IMG/VR virus record: IMGVR_UViG_3300042691_052636
Strand: one strand, 5' to 3'
DNA: 64,000 bases
Source: an uncultured virus (IMG/VR IMGVR_UViG_3300042691_052636)
Lineage: Duplodnaviria > Heunggongvirae > Uroviricota > Caudoviricetes
Part shown: positions 1-10,473 of the stretch, in pieces
Layout: every line of letters starts with the position of its first letter
Numbering within the stretch: the stretch's first letter is position 1
Made by a program: the position numbers and the translations under genes
Notes under the pieces: model-generated
Databases searched by the model: none
What the model saw: only the letters and a program-made list of their open reading frames with translations
Told to the model about the DNA's origin: nothing

Positions 1-1715
1 TGAACAAGTTCCACACGAAGGTCTGTTCCCGTCATAGATGGATTTGCAACATTGAAAGCTTTGAAACTTGTGTTATCCGAAGTTATAGTTTCTTCTGCTG
101 CATTGTCATAGTTTATGGTTACGAATATGTAACGTGTACCTGCCATCCCATCAACTGTATAGGAGAAAGATCTAGTTACAGAATTATTTCCTCCACCTAA
201 GCTCACACTATCGACACCAATTATAATGTCATCTGCATCACCCAATGTAGAGTTTGCTGAATATCTATATTGTACGCCAACAAATGTGGCAAAGGTAGTT
301 GATACATTTACTTCTTCAGTAACTATAGCGTTGTAGTTTACTAAAATTGTCTCTCCTAAGTTTACACTAGCTGGAGTTACTATTACATTGTTAACAGTGT
401 AGTTAGAAACTATTGTTGGTGGAGGTGGAGGTGGACCACCAGGTGTGGGTGTTGCAATAACTGCATTTTTAAGATTAATCCTTCCATAACCTAATTCGTT
501 ACTTCTAGTACTGTAAGGCCAAGTTGGATTATTAGTGTAAGTGTAACCACCAACCTTTTCACAAGTTGAAGATAGAATTTGCAAAATCTCATCATCAGTT
601 AACTCCCAGTTTTTATAAGCGATAACTGCTGAAGCTGCAGCTGTTATTGGACAACTGAAAGATGTCCCGCTAACGCTCTTGTAGTCAGTTGGATCATATC
701 CTTCGGCACCAAGTCTGTCAGTGGTTCTAATTGCTGAACCGGGTCCAGAAATGTCACAGATTTGACCATAATTCGAAAAACTAGCTCTTGTATCTGATGA
801 GGTTGTTGCACCAACCCCCCAAACTCCATTGTAGTTAGCTGGATATTGAGCTGCAGTTCCTGAATAACCATTACCGGAAGAAGCAAATACCATCATTCCT
901 TTGCCTCCTCTTCCGTTTGCCCTTGCATTCAAAAAAGCATTTTCAAGAGTTGCAGAGTATGTGCTACCACCATAAGACATCGCAATAGCAACACAATTGG
1001 GATTTGCCATTGCTGCATTAACTGCTGCAACTTGAATTCCGGTAGAAGTTCCAAAAGTTCCTCCTGCATAAACCTGCGACATAATGTTGACAGGCATAAC
1101 CTTAACAAAGTTGTTACCAACACTGCTAACACCAATTCCGTTATTGGTTCTTGCTGCTATTGTACCAGAGCAAGCAGTACCATGTTTATCTTCTGAGTTA
1201 ACATAGGGAACTGAGTTAGTACCATTCACAGCATTAAACGGGCTGTCGACATTTCCAACAAATTCGGGAATTGTCATATCAAGTCCACCATCAAACATAG
1301 CAACAGAAACCCATTGGTTGTCTGTTGGAAGTAAATCCCAAGCTTCATCTGCATCAATGTCTTTGTCATTTGCTTGTCTCAAATGCCAACAAGAGGCAAA
1401 TTCAGTATCATTGGGAATATAATCGAATTTGATTTCTTCCATTCTATCTCTTTCGATTATACCAAATAAACCACTATCCTCACAGAGTGCTGTGAGAAGA
1501 TCAAAATCATTTGTTCTTACAACATAGATGTCAAGCTGATCTAAATAGCTCACAATCTCTACATTGTAAAAATCCAAAAATTCGTCCACCTGATGCTTCC
1601 TTGCATCAAGCTTCGGTGTAAGTAACACTTGTCTACCTATATCATCTATCAAACTTTGTCCGAGTGACAGAAAAGAAAGTAGTACAAATGAAACAACTGC
1701 TAATACATTTTTCAT
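1..1715 (-). CDS. Secreted subtilisin-like S8 serine peptidase with C-terminal CARDB/Ig-like domain (3' end outside window)
   Basis: Not in ORF track because it is open at the window edge. Manual minus-strand translation from ATG at 1715 gives MKNVLAVVSFVLLSFLSLG (signal peptide), VAMFDGGLD, HGTACSGTIAA, ASSGN, SGTSFSCP (Asp/His/Ser triad plus oxyanion Asn), a PPPPP linker and a beta-rich domain. Confidence 0.9.
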   Translation of the reverse strand, partial: MKNVLAVVSFVLLSFLSLGQSLIDDIGRQVLLTPKLDARKHQVDEFLDFYNVEIVSYLDQLDIYVVRTNDFDLLTALCEDSGLFGIIERDRMEEIKFDYIPNDTEFASCWHLRQANDKDIDADEAWDLLPTDNQWVSVAMFDGGLDMTIPEFVGNVDSPFNAVNGTNSVPYVNSEDKHGTACSGTIAARTNNGIGVSSVGNNFVKVMPVNIMSQVYAGGTFGTSTGIQVAAVNAAMANPNCVAIAMSYGGSTYSATLENAFLNARANGRGGKGMMVFASSGNGYSGTAAQYPANYNGVWGVGATTSSDTRASFSNYGQICDISGPGSAIRTTDRLGAEGYDPTDYKSVSGTSFSCPITAAASAVIAYKNWELTDDEILQILSSTCEKVGGYTYTNNPTWPYSTRSNELGYGRINLKNAVIATPTPGGPPPPPPTIVSNYTVNNVIVTPASVNLGETILVNYNAIVTEEVNVSTTFATFVGVQYRYSANSTLGDADDIIIGVDSVSLGGGNNSVTRSFSYTVDGMAGTRYIFVTINYDNAAEETITSDNTSFKAFNVANPSMTGTDLRVELV

Positions 1716-1744
1716 TTATAATTTATTAATTTATTTATTAGCAC

Positions 1745-2245
1745 CTACTTTATGTAGTTGCTAAGTTTTTCGCCTGAGGCTTCTCTTCTAATTATTTTTA
1801 ATTGTTTAATGTTCAATCTGTATTTTCCTTCAACTAAAAGAAAAATTTCAACTAATCCAACTGCCATTGCTGCAGGGATCCATGCTCCAGTTAAAACCCC
1901 AACAACTGCTCCCGCGATTAAAGCTGTTTCTCCTATTGCAACTTTCACCCAAGCTTTTTTCCTTAGGTGCTCTTTCAACATAACAACTTTAGTTCTTTGT
2001 AGCTTCCATTCAAGGGTGTGCATACTATCCCTTTGAAGCTGTACCATTCTTTCTAAAACACCATTGTAGTATTCTAGATCGACGACATATTGGTTAGTCT
2101 GTGCTTTCGCAGAATTGGAAAGAAAGCATATTAATATTACTTTAAAGAAATTATTTAGAGTAAAATTTTTGTTGAATAAAAAAATTCCTATTTGATTCAT
2201 GAAATCAAAAATCACAAGGGGTTTATGAATAAAATTAAATGACAA
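1745..2245 (-). CDS. Hypothetical membrane-associated protein
   Basis: ORF with signal-like segment and C-terminal hydrophobic helices; start uncertain. Confidence 0.55.
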   Translation of the reverse strand: MSFNFIHKPLVIFDFMNQIGIFLFNKNFTLNNFFKVILICFLSNSAKAQTNQYVVDLEYYNGVLERMVQLQRDSMHTLEWKLQRTKVVMLKEHLRKKAWVKVAIGETALIAGAVVGVLTGAWIPAAMAVGLVEIFLLVEGKYRLNIKQLKIIRREASGEKLSNYIK

Positions 2246-2364
2246 GTTTCGCCTATTTTGTGGAAATTTTAAGAGGAGAAAAACCTAAAGGATTTCAAAA
2301 TTTTCCTAATTTCCGAAGGACTTACTGTAGTATACAACAGTACGCTTTTTCAATACCTTATATA

Positions 2365-3219
2365 TCAAGCCATCGTTGCGGTTCCTGAAGATAGATCAAC
2401 TGAAAAATTAGCTGCAAATTGTTGGGCACGTACGAATCCTTCGTCATTGGTAACATCGTTACCCCAACCAGCATTTGCATTAGTCATTGCTTTGGTAGCA
2501 GTGAATTGATCTTTAAAACCGTTTATATCTGCAACACCAAATTTTTGAGCCATTTGCGGACTTGATGCTCTAGATAGGAAATAAAGAACCGCAAATTCTG
2601 CTGCAACTTCCGGATCATCAAGTAAATCTGGATTTGTTACAATGTTTACTTGTCTGTTTAGCTTTCCTTTTGAATCATATAACTTTTGCATTTTTTCATA
2701 TGATCCTTTGAAGGTTAATTGGTTGAAACCTCTTCCTCTAAATTTCCAACCGTCTCCTGGAGCTGAATTTCCATATTTCTGAGACTTCCCTGTTTTATCA
2801 CCTGGTCCATAAACGAGATCAAAGAATTTCTCATCATTTGTCTTGATTTGATCGATTTGAGCATCTGTCAGATCGTTTACTCTTGCTCCAAATATTTTTC
2901 TAATTCTTTCCGGTGAGGTATTTCCGTATCCTTTTTCTATTTTTGGAATGTAACCACTTTCTTTTCCTACTACTCCAAGAATTGCTATTTGTGTGAAAGG
3001 ATTTGTGATCCCGTGCTTTTTCATTGCGTCAATAAGAAGCTGAATATTTTTACCCTTATCACCTGAACCTGAAAATCTCACACTACCACCAACTATAGAA
3101 GGTTTAGGGTCTTTAACTTCTTCTGGTCCACCCAATCCTAATAGGTCTAGAAACTTTCCATAGGCATTTCTAAAAAGTTGTTCGTTTATAAACTCTTCTA
3201 TTGGTTTGAGGTGTTTCAT
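2365..3219 (-). CDS. Glycoside hydrolase family 19 (chitinase/lysozyme-like) peptidoglycan hydrolase, probably virion-packaged
   Basis: GKES, YGN..PGDGWKFRGRGFNQLTFKGSY and NPDLL motifs; N-terminus MKHLKPIEEFINE. Confidence 0.85.
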   Translation of the reverse strand: MKHLKPIEEFINEQLFRNAYGKFLDLLGLGGPEEVKDPKPSIVGGSVRFSGSGDKGKNIQLLIDAMKKHGITNPFTQIAILGVVGKESGYIPKIEKGYGNTSPERIRKIFGARVNDLTDAQIDQIKTNDEKFFDLVYGPGDKTGKSQKYGNSAPGDGWKFRGRGFNQLTFKGSYEKMQKLYDSKGKLNRQVNIVTNPDLLDDPEVAAEFAVLYFLSRASSPQMAQKFGVADINGFKDQFTATKAMTNANAGWGNDVTNDEGFVRAQQFAANFSVDLSSGTATMA

Positions 3220-3281
3220 TTATTCTTATATTTGTAATGTATTTATCCCACCTACGTTTTAAACCCAGTCATATATAAACT

Positions 3282-3884
3282 ATGGAACTCAAATTCACAA
3301 ACACCTTCATGAAAAACCTGATGAAGATTTCTTCAAGGAGAATGGCACATTGGAAGATTTACGATTTATTTAGATATGACCTGCCTAGATTTTTTAGAAA
3401 TCTCTGGGTTTTTAGAAAGGATCTTTGGAATTACAATAACTACAATGGAGCTCATTCTATTCTTCCTTTGGTAAAAACATCCTTAGATGATATAGCAAAG
3501 TATATCGACAAATATTCGTTTGAAGAAACTGTAAGTAAAAATAAAAAGGTTGAGAAAATGAAAAGACTCTCTTACCTTTTAGATATTTTCTTGAAAGATG
3601 ACTACATGGGATTGGCAGAGAAAGAATTAGGACCGATCATTAATACAGAAATAGTCTGGGAACCTTCTGGTGATGGTATGACGTACAGGATGATTGATAC
3701 GGGACTTCCTGAAGAGAAAAGTCACAATTTAAAAGTGATGAGAAGATCAAAAGAAATTGCTCAAGATCACTGGGAAGAAATCATTGCTATTATCAAAGGT
3801 CCTGATTACAAGGCAATTTTTGATAACTCAGATGACTTCGATAGTCAATATGATGGAAGTGATATGAGGGCCTGGTGGCATTAG
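3282..3884 (+). CDS. Hypothetical phage protein
   Basis: 200 aa ORF with a TATATTTG element upstream (~3227). Confidence 0.7.
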   Translation: MELKFTNTFMKNLMKISSRRMAHWKIYDLFRYDLPRFFRNLWVFRKDLWNYNNYNGAHSILPLVKTSLDDIAKYIDKYSFEETVSKNKKVEKMKRLSYLLDIFLKDDYMGLAEKELGPIINTEIVWEPSGDGMTYRMIDTGLPEEKSHNLKVMRRSKEIAQDHWEEIIAIIKGPDYKAIFDNSDDFDSQYDGSDMRAWWH

Positions 3885-4042
3885 TCTTTTCTTTGGAAAA
3901 ATCTCCAAAGAAGTACCACACTCCAGAAATTTATAAAAAATACTGACCCTACAGGATCATATGGTCTCTTTTCAAGATCAATCAATAGAAACCCAATCAG
4001 TTGATTTACAATAAGAAAAATTATAGTAAAAACTAAGATCAT
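3881..4042 (-). CDS. Small hypothetical membrane protein (53 aa)
   Basis: Manual translation MILVFTIIFLIVNQLIGFLLIDLEKRPYDPVGSVFFINFWSVVLLWRFFQRKD; below ORF-track cutoff. Confidence 0.45.
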   Translation of the reverse strand: MILVFTIIFLIVNQLIGFLLIDLEKRPYDPVGSVFFINFWSVVLLWRFFQRKD

Positions 4043-4242
4043 CTATGATTTAACAGTAAAGTGCTAAAAAGTTTCTTTTTCTACTGAGCGATAGTTGATT
4101 AATCTTGTGTTTATGAACTTCAAACTTGCACTGCTCTACATAGACTATTTTTTAGATAAGTCTATTGGTTGGTTTTTCACCAATGGATATAAGCAGGAAA
4201 TGTGGAAGAAAAGAATCGAATGGAAAAAAATTAATCTCAAAA

Positions 4243-4566
4243 ATGAAAGCAAAAAGTCCTGATGTTGTTTACATGATCATGGGTTGTTATTATGAGAAAG
4301 ACAAAATGTATGAATGGATCCAAGAAATTTCTCTTTCAAAAAGAAAATGTGAAGCCATTCGTAAACAGTTAAATAATAAATTGAAAGAAGATATAGAAAA
4401 AGGCGGGGAGATTGCCCACAAATATTTGAAAAGTAGAAAAGATGTTGAATGGGGTAAAAGACAATTTGCAATGGGATACATGAATGAGGAAGAATACATT
4501 TTCTTCCATCTATACTATTATAAAAAACAATTGCCTTTTAAAATACAAGAAGTAAAACTTACATAG
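4243..4566 (+). CDS. Hypothetical protein
   Basis: ORF; start moved to in-frame ATG with A-rich leader. Confidence 0.55.
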   Translation: MKAKSPDVVYMIMGCYYEKDKMYEWIQEISLSKRKCEAIRKQLNNKLKEDIEKGGEIAHKYLKSRKDVEWGKRQFAMGYMNEEEYIFFHLYYYKKQLPFKIQEVKLT

Positions 4567-5437
4567 AGCTAGATTTTATTCCTTTTAATCTTGCTATTCT
4601 TCTCATTTTTCTTTCTATTTTTCGAAAGGTTCCCCTTGCCCATTCGGAGCTTTTACCAAAGTGGATTCCTATTTCATTAAAAGTTTTTTCCACTCCACTT
4701 TCACCTAAACCGAATTTCATTTCAGCAATTTCCTTTTCGAAAGGTTTTAAGAATGAAAAAATTAAACGGATTGCTTCCTGTTCATCTCTTTTAAAAATCC
4801 GATCCTCCGTGTTTTCTTCAGATGAAATCCAGTTAATAGGAGAATAAGCTTTTTCTCCCTCTCCATCAGTGTCATAATCTAGTGAAACCTGAACGGGTTT
4901 GTTCGTTATAGTTTCAATCACTGCTGACGGAAAAGGCTTCATTCCTTTTTCGTCTATAAGTCTGAGGATTTCGTCTACCGAAGGTTCTCTACTATGCTCT
5001 GCTATAAAAAAGTTTTCTGCTTCCTGATACCTTCTCATTTCACTAATCACATTTTGTGGAAGTCTGATTGTTCTTGAGTGTGTATTTAAGAAAGATAGAA
5101 TATTTTTTCTGATATGCCACACAGCATAGCTTATAAATTTAAATCCCTGAGAAGGATCAAAATTATCTATTGCTTCTATTAGTCCTCTGTTTCCTTCAGA
5201 AATAATATCCTCGACTGGATATTTACTTGATGCGTAAGATTTAGCTACTGAAATTACAAACCTGAGATTTGACTTGATAATTTTTTCTTTTGCTTCTTGA
5301 TCACCTTCTTTAGCTAGTTTTGCAAGTTCTGCCTCCTCTTGTACGGAAAGCATTTTCTCTTTTGTTACCTCTGCAAAATATCTAGCAAGGTTTTTTGACG
5401 GATCAGTATATCTTATAGATATTTTAAAATCTCTCAT
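4559..5437 (-). CDS. RNA polymerase sigma-70 factor, RpoD/SigA-like, lacking region 1.1
   Basis: SNLRFVISVAKSY, DIISEGNRGLIEAIDNFDPSQGFKFISYAVWHIRKNI, RTIRLP and a C-terminal HTH (TFNEIG). Confidence 0.9.
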   Translation of the reverse strand: MRDFKISIRYTDPSKNLARYFAEVTKEKMLSVQEEAELAKLAKEGDQEAKEKIIKSNLRFVISVAKSYASSKYPVEDIISEGNRGLIEAIDNFDPSQGFKFISYAVWHIRKNILSFLNTHSRTIRLPQNVISEMRRYQEAENFFIAEHSREPSVDEILRLIDEKGMKPFPSAVIETITNKPVQVSLDYDTDGEGEKAYSPINWISSEENTEDRIFKRDEQEAIRLIFSFLKPFEKEIAEMKFGLGESGVEKTFNEIGIHFGKSSEWARGTFRKIERKMRRIARLKGIKSSSM

Positions 5438-5495
5438 CTCATCTTTTTCTAATTCTATTCCAACTGACCATTAAGTTACGATAATGTTTTGAGCA

Positions 5496-5693
5496 TTATT
5501 TGGAATTGTTATTTTTTTCCATCCACATTTTAGCTCCGTTTCCTAGCATATCGAAAATGTCATTGCCAGGCATTCCATTGTTTCTGTGGTTTTGGATCTG
5601 TATATTTTCCTGAGGATTAACTCCTGCAGCTTTGTTTAAAGCATCAAGTTTCTTCTTTATCTGCTCTAAATATTCATTATAGTTGTTTGTCAT
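5496..5693 (-). CDS. Hypothetical protein
   Basis: ORF overlapping the upstream gene end. Confidence 0.5.
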   Translation of the reverse strand: MTNNYNEYLEQIKKKLDALNKAAGVNPQENIQIQNHRNNGMPGNDIFDMLGNGAKMWMEKNNNSK

Positions 5694-6063
5694 ATAGAAT
5701 TGTTGGATATTGTGAGTGTAATTTTCTTCCTAGATCAATTCTCTGCTCTAAAAGGGGAATTGAGAATTGCACTATTTCTTGTACTATATCTATTTCTTTA
5801 GTTGCTGGTTTGTTCTCTATTAAACTTAACCCTTCGACAGAAAAAAGTATTGATTTTTTTGTTAATCCCTTTTTAAAGCTCTCTAAATATCCTAGGGATA
5901 TTTTCATGTCATCTGTGATTTTTTCTGTGTGTAATAACCACGGGGAAAAAATTCGACTATAAAAGGCATCATCAACCTTTTGTAAATAGGCGAACAGAAC
6001 CCATTGTTTATGTTCGAAATCTATGGGCTCTTTATAATACCATCCACTATCAAGAAGATCCAT
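5677..6063 (-). CDS. Hypothetical protein
   Basis: MDLLDSGWYYKEPIDFEHKQWVLFAYLQK; AATATATA motif just upstream. Confidence 0.65.
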   Translation of the reverse strand: MDLLDSGWYYKEPIDFEHKQWVLFAYLQKVDDAFYSRIFSPWLLHTEKITDDMKISLGYLESFKKGLTKKSILFSVEGLSLIENKPATKEIDIVQEIVQFSIPLLEQRIDLGRKLHSQYPTILYDKQL

Positions 6064-6158
6064 ACATTTATATATTGATTTCTGACATTCAATTGCTAAC
6101 AATTTGATAGTATTCTTTTTTTATTTCGAATTGGTTTTCTATTTTTGTAAAAAAAACT

Positions 6159-6446
6159 ATGAGGATAGGAAAAAGTGATTATACCTGGAAACTAAAAGAT
6201 GATGTGATTAGTTTGATAGATTTAAATCTTGGGAACAAGTCTTTGACCAATGACATTGAAAATGCCTTATTGGAAATTAGGCAAGTTTTAGGAAACAAAA
6301 TCGAGAATTGTAAAATAATATACAGGGACTCACAAGAGATTTGGACGGGGGTCAATCCGAAATGGTCCAGTGTTTCAGTAGATGTTGATTTTTATAATAT
6401 CGGGCAAAAAGATTACGAACAAGCAATAATTAAAATAAAAAGATGA
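6159..6446 (+). CDS. Hypothetical protein
   Basis: ORF coupled to RNA ligase by an ATGA overlap; TATTTTTG element upstream. Confidence 0.65.
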   Translation: MRIGKSDYTWKLKDDVISLIDLNLGNKSLTNDIENALLEIRQVLGNKIENCKIIYRDSQEIWTGVNPKWSSVSVDVDFYNIGQKDYEQAIIKIKR

Positions 6447-7477
6447 GAAAACTTGCTACTGTACAAACAATCAAACAAATATTGCCAATTGAAGGGGCAG
6501 ACGCTATTGAATTGGCCATAGTTAATGGATGGAGTGTTGTTGTTGCTAAAAATGTAAATCACCAGGAAGGTGACAAAGTTGTTTATTGTGAAATTGATTC
6601 TTTTCTTCCTATAGAACCAGAATTTGAATTTCTTAGAAAAAGCTCTTACAAAAAAATGAGCGACGGATCTGAGGGATTTAGACTGAAAACAATTAAACTC
6701 CGGGGACAGATTTCCCAGGGATTAATTATTGCTCTAAAAAGTGCTCAGCAGATCTCAATTAGAAATCAATTTGATACTACAAATTGGGAAGAAGGACAGG
6801 ACGTTTCAGAATGCTTAGGAATCATCAAATATGAACCTCCTGTTCCAGCTTCTCTAGCAGGAATTGCAAAGGGATTATTTCCGTCTTTTATTCCTAAAAC
6901 CGACGAGGAGCGTATACAAAATTTGACAGAATCATATTCTGTTTTCAAAGAGAATTCAGGTCAATACTATGTTACAGAAAAACTGGACGGAAGTTCTGCC
7001 ACATATTATTTCAAAGACGGAGAATTTGGTGTTTGTTCGAGAAATCTCGAACTTTTAGAAACTCCTGACAATACTTTTTGGAAAGTAGCAAGAACATTAG
7101 ATTTGGAGAATAAACTAAAATCCTTAGGATTCAACGCTTCTTTGCAAGGAGAATTAGTAGGGGAAGGCGTGCAAAGTAATCCTTATAAAATTATAGGTCA
7201 AACTGTTTTCTTTTTTAATGTGTATAATATCGATGAAGGGAGGTATTTAGATTTTTCCAGTTTCTCTTCTCTCATGTCATCATTAGGTTTGACCCCTGTA
7301 CCCATTTTAGAAACAAATTTCGAGCTTCCTGGTACAATCGATGAGCTTCTTTTATATTCCGATAACAAATCTTGCTTGAACAAAAATTTTGATAGAGAGG
7401 GTGTAGTAATAAGAAGTCTAGATAGAAAGATATCATTCAAAGTGATAAGTAACAGATTTTTATTGAATGAAAAATAA
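6443..7477 (+). CDS. ATP-dependent RNA ligase, DRB0094/Rnl5-like, with N-terminal OB-fold
   Basis: MRKLATVQTIKQILPIEGADAIE N-terminus, KLRGQISQG, PKTDEERIQN, motif I TEKLDGSS, QGELVG, REGVV, FKVISNRFL. Confidence 0.9.
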   Translation: MRKLATVQTIKQILPIEGADAIELAIVNGWSVVVAKNVNHQEGDKVVYCEIDSFLPIEPEFEFLRKSSYKKMSDGSEGFRLKTIKLRGQISQGLIIALKSAQQISIRNQFDTTNWEEGQDVSECLGIIKYEPPVPASLAGIAKGLFPSFIPKTDEERIQNLTESYSVFKENSGQYYVTEKLDGSSATYYFKDGEFGVCSRNLELLETPDNTFWKVARTLDLENKLKSLGFNASLQGELVGEGVQSNPYKIIGQTVFFFNVYNIDEGRYLDFSSFSSLMSSLGLTPVPILETNFELPGTIDELLLYSDNKSCLNKNFDREGVVIRSLDRKISFKVISNRFLLNEK

Positions 7478-8453
7478 AAAGATACAAAGAGATACGAATA
7501 ATTTTCTAAAAAAGATGAGAGAGAAAATAGAAATGACACCTTTCATAGATCCATTTAGCGAGGAAGTTGACGATATTGACACACAATCGCCCACAAGATG
7601 GTCCATTTTACAGAATGATACTTTTGCACCTTCTTATGTTTCCGTTCCACAAATTCCGGCTGGACTTTACGAAATATCTTGGAGTTCGAACATACAGTCT
7701 CATATTATGGTTAAGCAGAAGCTAAATATTGATGAACTTTATGAGCTTCCTTCCCCTGAGATCTCTAGTATATTGAGTGACATACAGCTTTTTTGGGATA
7801 AAAAGTCAGTTTACAAAGAATATAATTTTGTACATAAAAGAGGCATTTTACTTTGGGGAGATCCGGGATGTGGAAAATCTGGAATTATCCAATTGTGTAT
7901 AAAAAAATTAATTGAAAAAGAAAAAGGAATAGTCGTAAATATTAAAGAAGAGGAAGATTTTAAAAATTTTATAGATTTTATTCCAACCCTCAGGAAAATA
8001 GAACCAGAAAGACCTCTCATTGTTATTTTAGAAGATATAGATTCTTTAGCAAGTGAAGATCGTTATTCCACAACCAAGCTTCTAAATATTTTAGATGGTG
8101 TTAAGCAAATAGAAAATGTAGTCTATATTGCAACAACTAACTACCCAGAAAAACTACAAGAAAGAATTACAAATCGTCCATCGAGATTTGATAGAAGGTA
8201 CAAGGTGGAAATGCCTTCTTCTGAAATTAGGAAATCTTACATTACAAACAAATTGTCTGAACAAGATATCTCCAATATCGATGTTGATAAATGGGTAGAA
8301 GAAACTGACAACATGTCCCTCTCACATTTAAAAGAACTCATCATAAGTGTTGTAGTTATGGGAAAGGATTTCGAAGATGCTATCAGTAGTTTAAAAGAAA
8401 TGAAAAAGTCACCATCAATCAAAAAGGGTGGTAATTTGGGGTTTAACAAGTAG
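7467..8453 (+). CDS. AAA+ ATPase
   Basis: Walker A GDPGCGKS, Walker B VILEDID, ATTNYPEKL, RPSRFDR. Confidence 0.9.
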   Translation: MKNKKIQRDTNNFLKKMREKIEMTPFIDPFSEEVDDIDTQSPTRWSILQNDTFAPSYVSVPQIPAGLYEISWSSNIQSHIMVKQKLNIDELYELPSPEISSILSDIQLFWDKKSVYKEYNFVHKRGILLWGDPGCGKSGIIQLCIKKLIEKEKGIVVNIKEEEDFKNFIDFIPTLRKIEPERPLIVILEDIDSLASEDRYSTTKLLNILDGVKQIENVVYIATTNYPEKLQERITNRPSRFDRRYKVEMPSSEIRKSYITNKLSEQDISNIDVDKWVEETDNMSLSHLKELIISVVVMGKDFEDAISSLKEMKKSPSIKKGGNLGFNK

Positions 8454-8478
8454 ACCTATTCAAGATATATAAGCTAAT

Positions 8479-9543
8479 ATGAAAATTAGCGATTTCAGAT
8501 CAAAACACCCAGGTTTATCAGAGGATCAACTTAGGTTTAAATTTGAAATCTGGAAAAGAGAAAGGTCACTATTCGAATCACAAAAAGATAGGAAGATTCC
8601 CTTTTCATACGAAGAAGGTGACAACGATACCGGCGATTATTCTATGTCAACCCTTGGAGGATTTGGTTCTGCTGCAGGTGTGATTTCAGATGCTCCCCTT
8701 TCTGGTTCAACTGTAACTTTTTTATATCCTGATGGCACCACCAATCAAACCGTTTCTGATTCTAAGGGAAGGTTCAATTTACCAAACGATTTTTCTGATG
8801 GTGATATTCTTGTTCGAGGAGGTGTTGATATAGTTACAGGATTGGAATATCTTGGTGAATTTAAAATAGACGGTGAATTCTTTTTAAGCTATAATTCAAT
8901 TACTCCTGTTACTCAAATTGCGAACAATCTTTGGTTGAACACTCCTACAGTTCACCCATCACAAGTTTTAGAATTACTGATAAAGTTTTTACCTAAGGCA
9001 TTTGGAATCAATTTACCAGTCACAAATTATTCAAGACTTTTGAACGATGATCATGTAAGATTAACTATTGAGGGAGTCGAAGGAGCGAAGGAGCTACAAG
9101 CATTAAACACCCTTATAGAAATCCATTCTGACTTAATAGCTAACACAGAAGCTAATCACTCACATGAAGTATTAGCAAACAAAAATAAAGCTATAGAAAG
9201 CATCAGTAATGCGATTTTAGTTGATTTAAGATATAGTGTCTCTTCTAATTACTTCGAGGATATTTTTACCTTTCATGATATACCAGTTAGCACACAATAT
9301 AAAGATTGCTGTAAACATCTGCTGAACCAGGCTACTTCAATAGTAACAGAATGTCTAGCCATGGAAAATAAAGATGCAACTTTGAAAATGCAAGCTTTAA
9401 ACATGGCGGTAAAATCAGACTGGACAGGAAAAGCCCTAGAAATGACACAAGATAAAAAAGCATCACCAGAGAAAGTTTGGGACCTCATCCAACACAAAGA
9501 TGCTGAGAATTTAGTAAGCACGATAACATTAGATTCTTTATAG
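8479..9543 (+). CDS. Hypothetical protein with beta-sandwich-like segment
   Basis: 354 aa ORF after a GATATATA motif. Confidence 0.65.
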   Translation: MKISDFRSKHPGLSEDQLRFKFEIWKRERSLFESQKDRKIPFSYEEGDNDTGDYSMSTLGGFGSAAGVISDAPLSGSTVTFLYPDGTTNQTVSDSKGRFNLPNDFSDGDILVRGGVDIVTGLEYLGEFKIDGEFFLSYNSITPVTQIANNLWLNTPTVHPSQVLELLIKFLPKAFGINLPVTNYSRLLNDDHVRLTIEGVEGAKELQALNTLIEIHSDLIANTEANHSHEVLANKNKAIESISNAILVDLRYSVSSNYFEDIFTFHDIPVSTQYKDCCKHLLNQATSIVTECLAMENKDATLKMQALNMAVKSDWTGKALEMTQDKKASPEKVWDLIQHKDAENLVSTITLDSL

Positions 9544-9576
9544 GGTTTGTCTGAATATATAAGCAATAAAATCTAC

Positions 9577-10158
9577 ATGAAGCATCTAATAATTTTTGAA
9601 AACTTTGATCTTGATAAATTCCTAAGTGATCCTGGCGATTATATTCATGATGAGACTGAGGGGATAGAAATTGGCAGTTATGTTGACACTTACAGAGGCA
9701 AAGGACAAATTATAGATGAAACACCAGAATTTTGGGTTCTAAATCCTTTGGATTCTTCTGGCAATAATTTTAAAGTTCCAAAAGATCTAGTAACCAAATT
9801 AAGTGTGGAAGATGTAAAGGATATAAAATCTAAATCAAGTTCATCAGCAAATACACAAAATGAATTACAAGTCGCTTGTGACTCAATTGAGGACTTCATG
9901 GAAACAAGCGTGAATGATGAGGACGGGGAATTTAAGTACAGAGGAAATATCCAAACTGCTTTAGATTTTTTAAATGAAATCACAGTCGATCTTGTTTCCT
10001 TGAACAAAAGGGATGCTAACATGAAGTACTATAAAGAATTTGATCAACTTGTTTCTTTACTTGCAATCTTAGCAGATAACATCTTAGAATCTTCTCCAAA
10101 CCAGACTGAGCTAAAATCTGAGTTAGACAGAATCCTTTCAACTATCGGATCTCTATAG
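9577..10158 (+). CDS. Hypothetical protein with capsid-targeting-like N-terminus
   Basis: MKHLIIFENF start after GAATATATA. Confidence 0.65.
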   Translation: MKHLIIFENFDLDKFLSDPGDYIHDETEGIEIGSYVDTYRGKGQIIDETPEFWVLNPLDSSGNNFKVPKDLVTKLSVEDVKDIKSKSSSSANTQNELQVACDSIEDFMETSVNDEDGEFKYRGNIQTALDFLNEITVDLVSLNKRDANMKYYKEFDQLVSLLAILADNILESSPNQTELKSELDRILSTIGSL

Positions 10159-10290
10159 ACCGGAACAAATCTAGTCCAGTAGATATAATTAATCACACTT
10201 AAGCTTTGTTGTTTAAAAGTAACGATTTATCAACTTATTAACAACGTCAGAAAGCTAAAATAGTTTGTTTATCTTTATTACGAATTCTTA

Positions 10291-10473
10291 ATGGAAAAAA
10301 AATTTAGGCTGATTTTGAAGGATACAGATCCAGATACTGGTCAGATAACAAGACACGAATCTTTTGCACACATTTTTTGTACAGAAAAGGTTGCTGCAGG
10401 TATCATTCAATCCCTCTCATGGAACGATGAAGAACCAAACAGAGAATACACTTATGAAGAGTATGAAAAATAG
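10291..10473 (+). CDS. Hypothetical protein
   Basis: Short ORF in co-oriented run. Confidence 0.5.
   Translation: MEKKFRLILKDTDPDTGQITRHESFAHIFCTEKVAAGIIQSLSWNDEEPNREYTYEEYEK

Noticed and set aside
644..1135. ORF-track calls 644-886 and 929-1135
   Set aside because: Alternate-frame fragments inside the S8 peptidase gene
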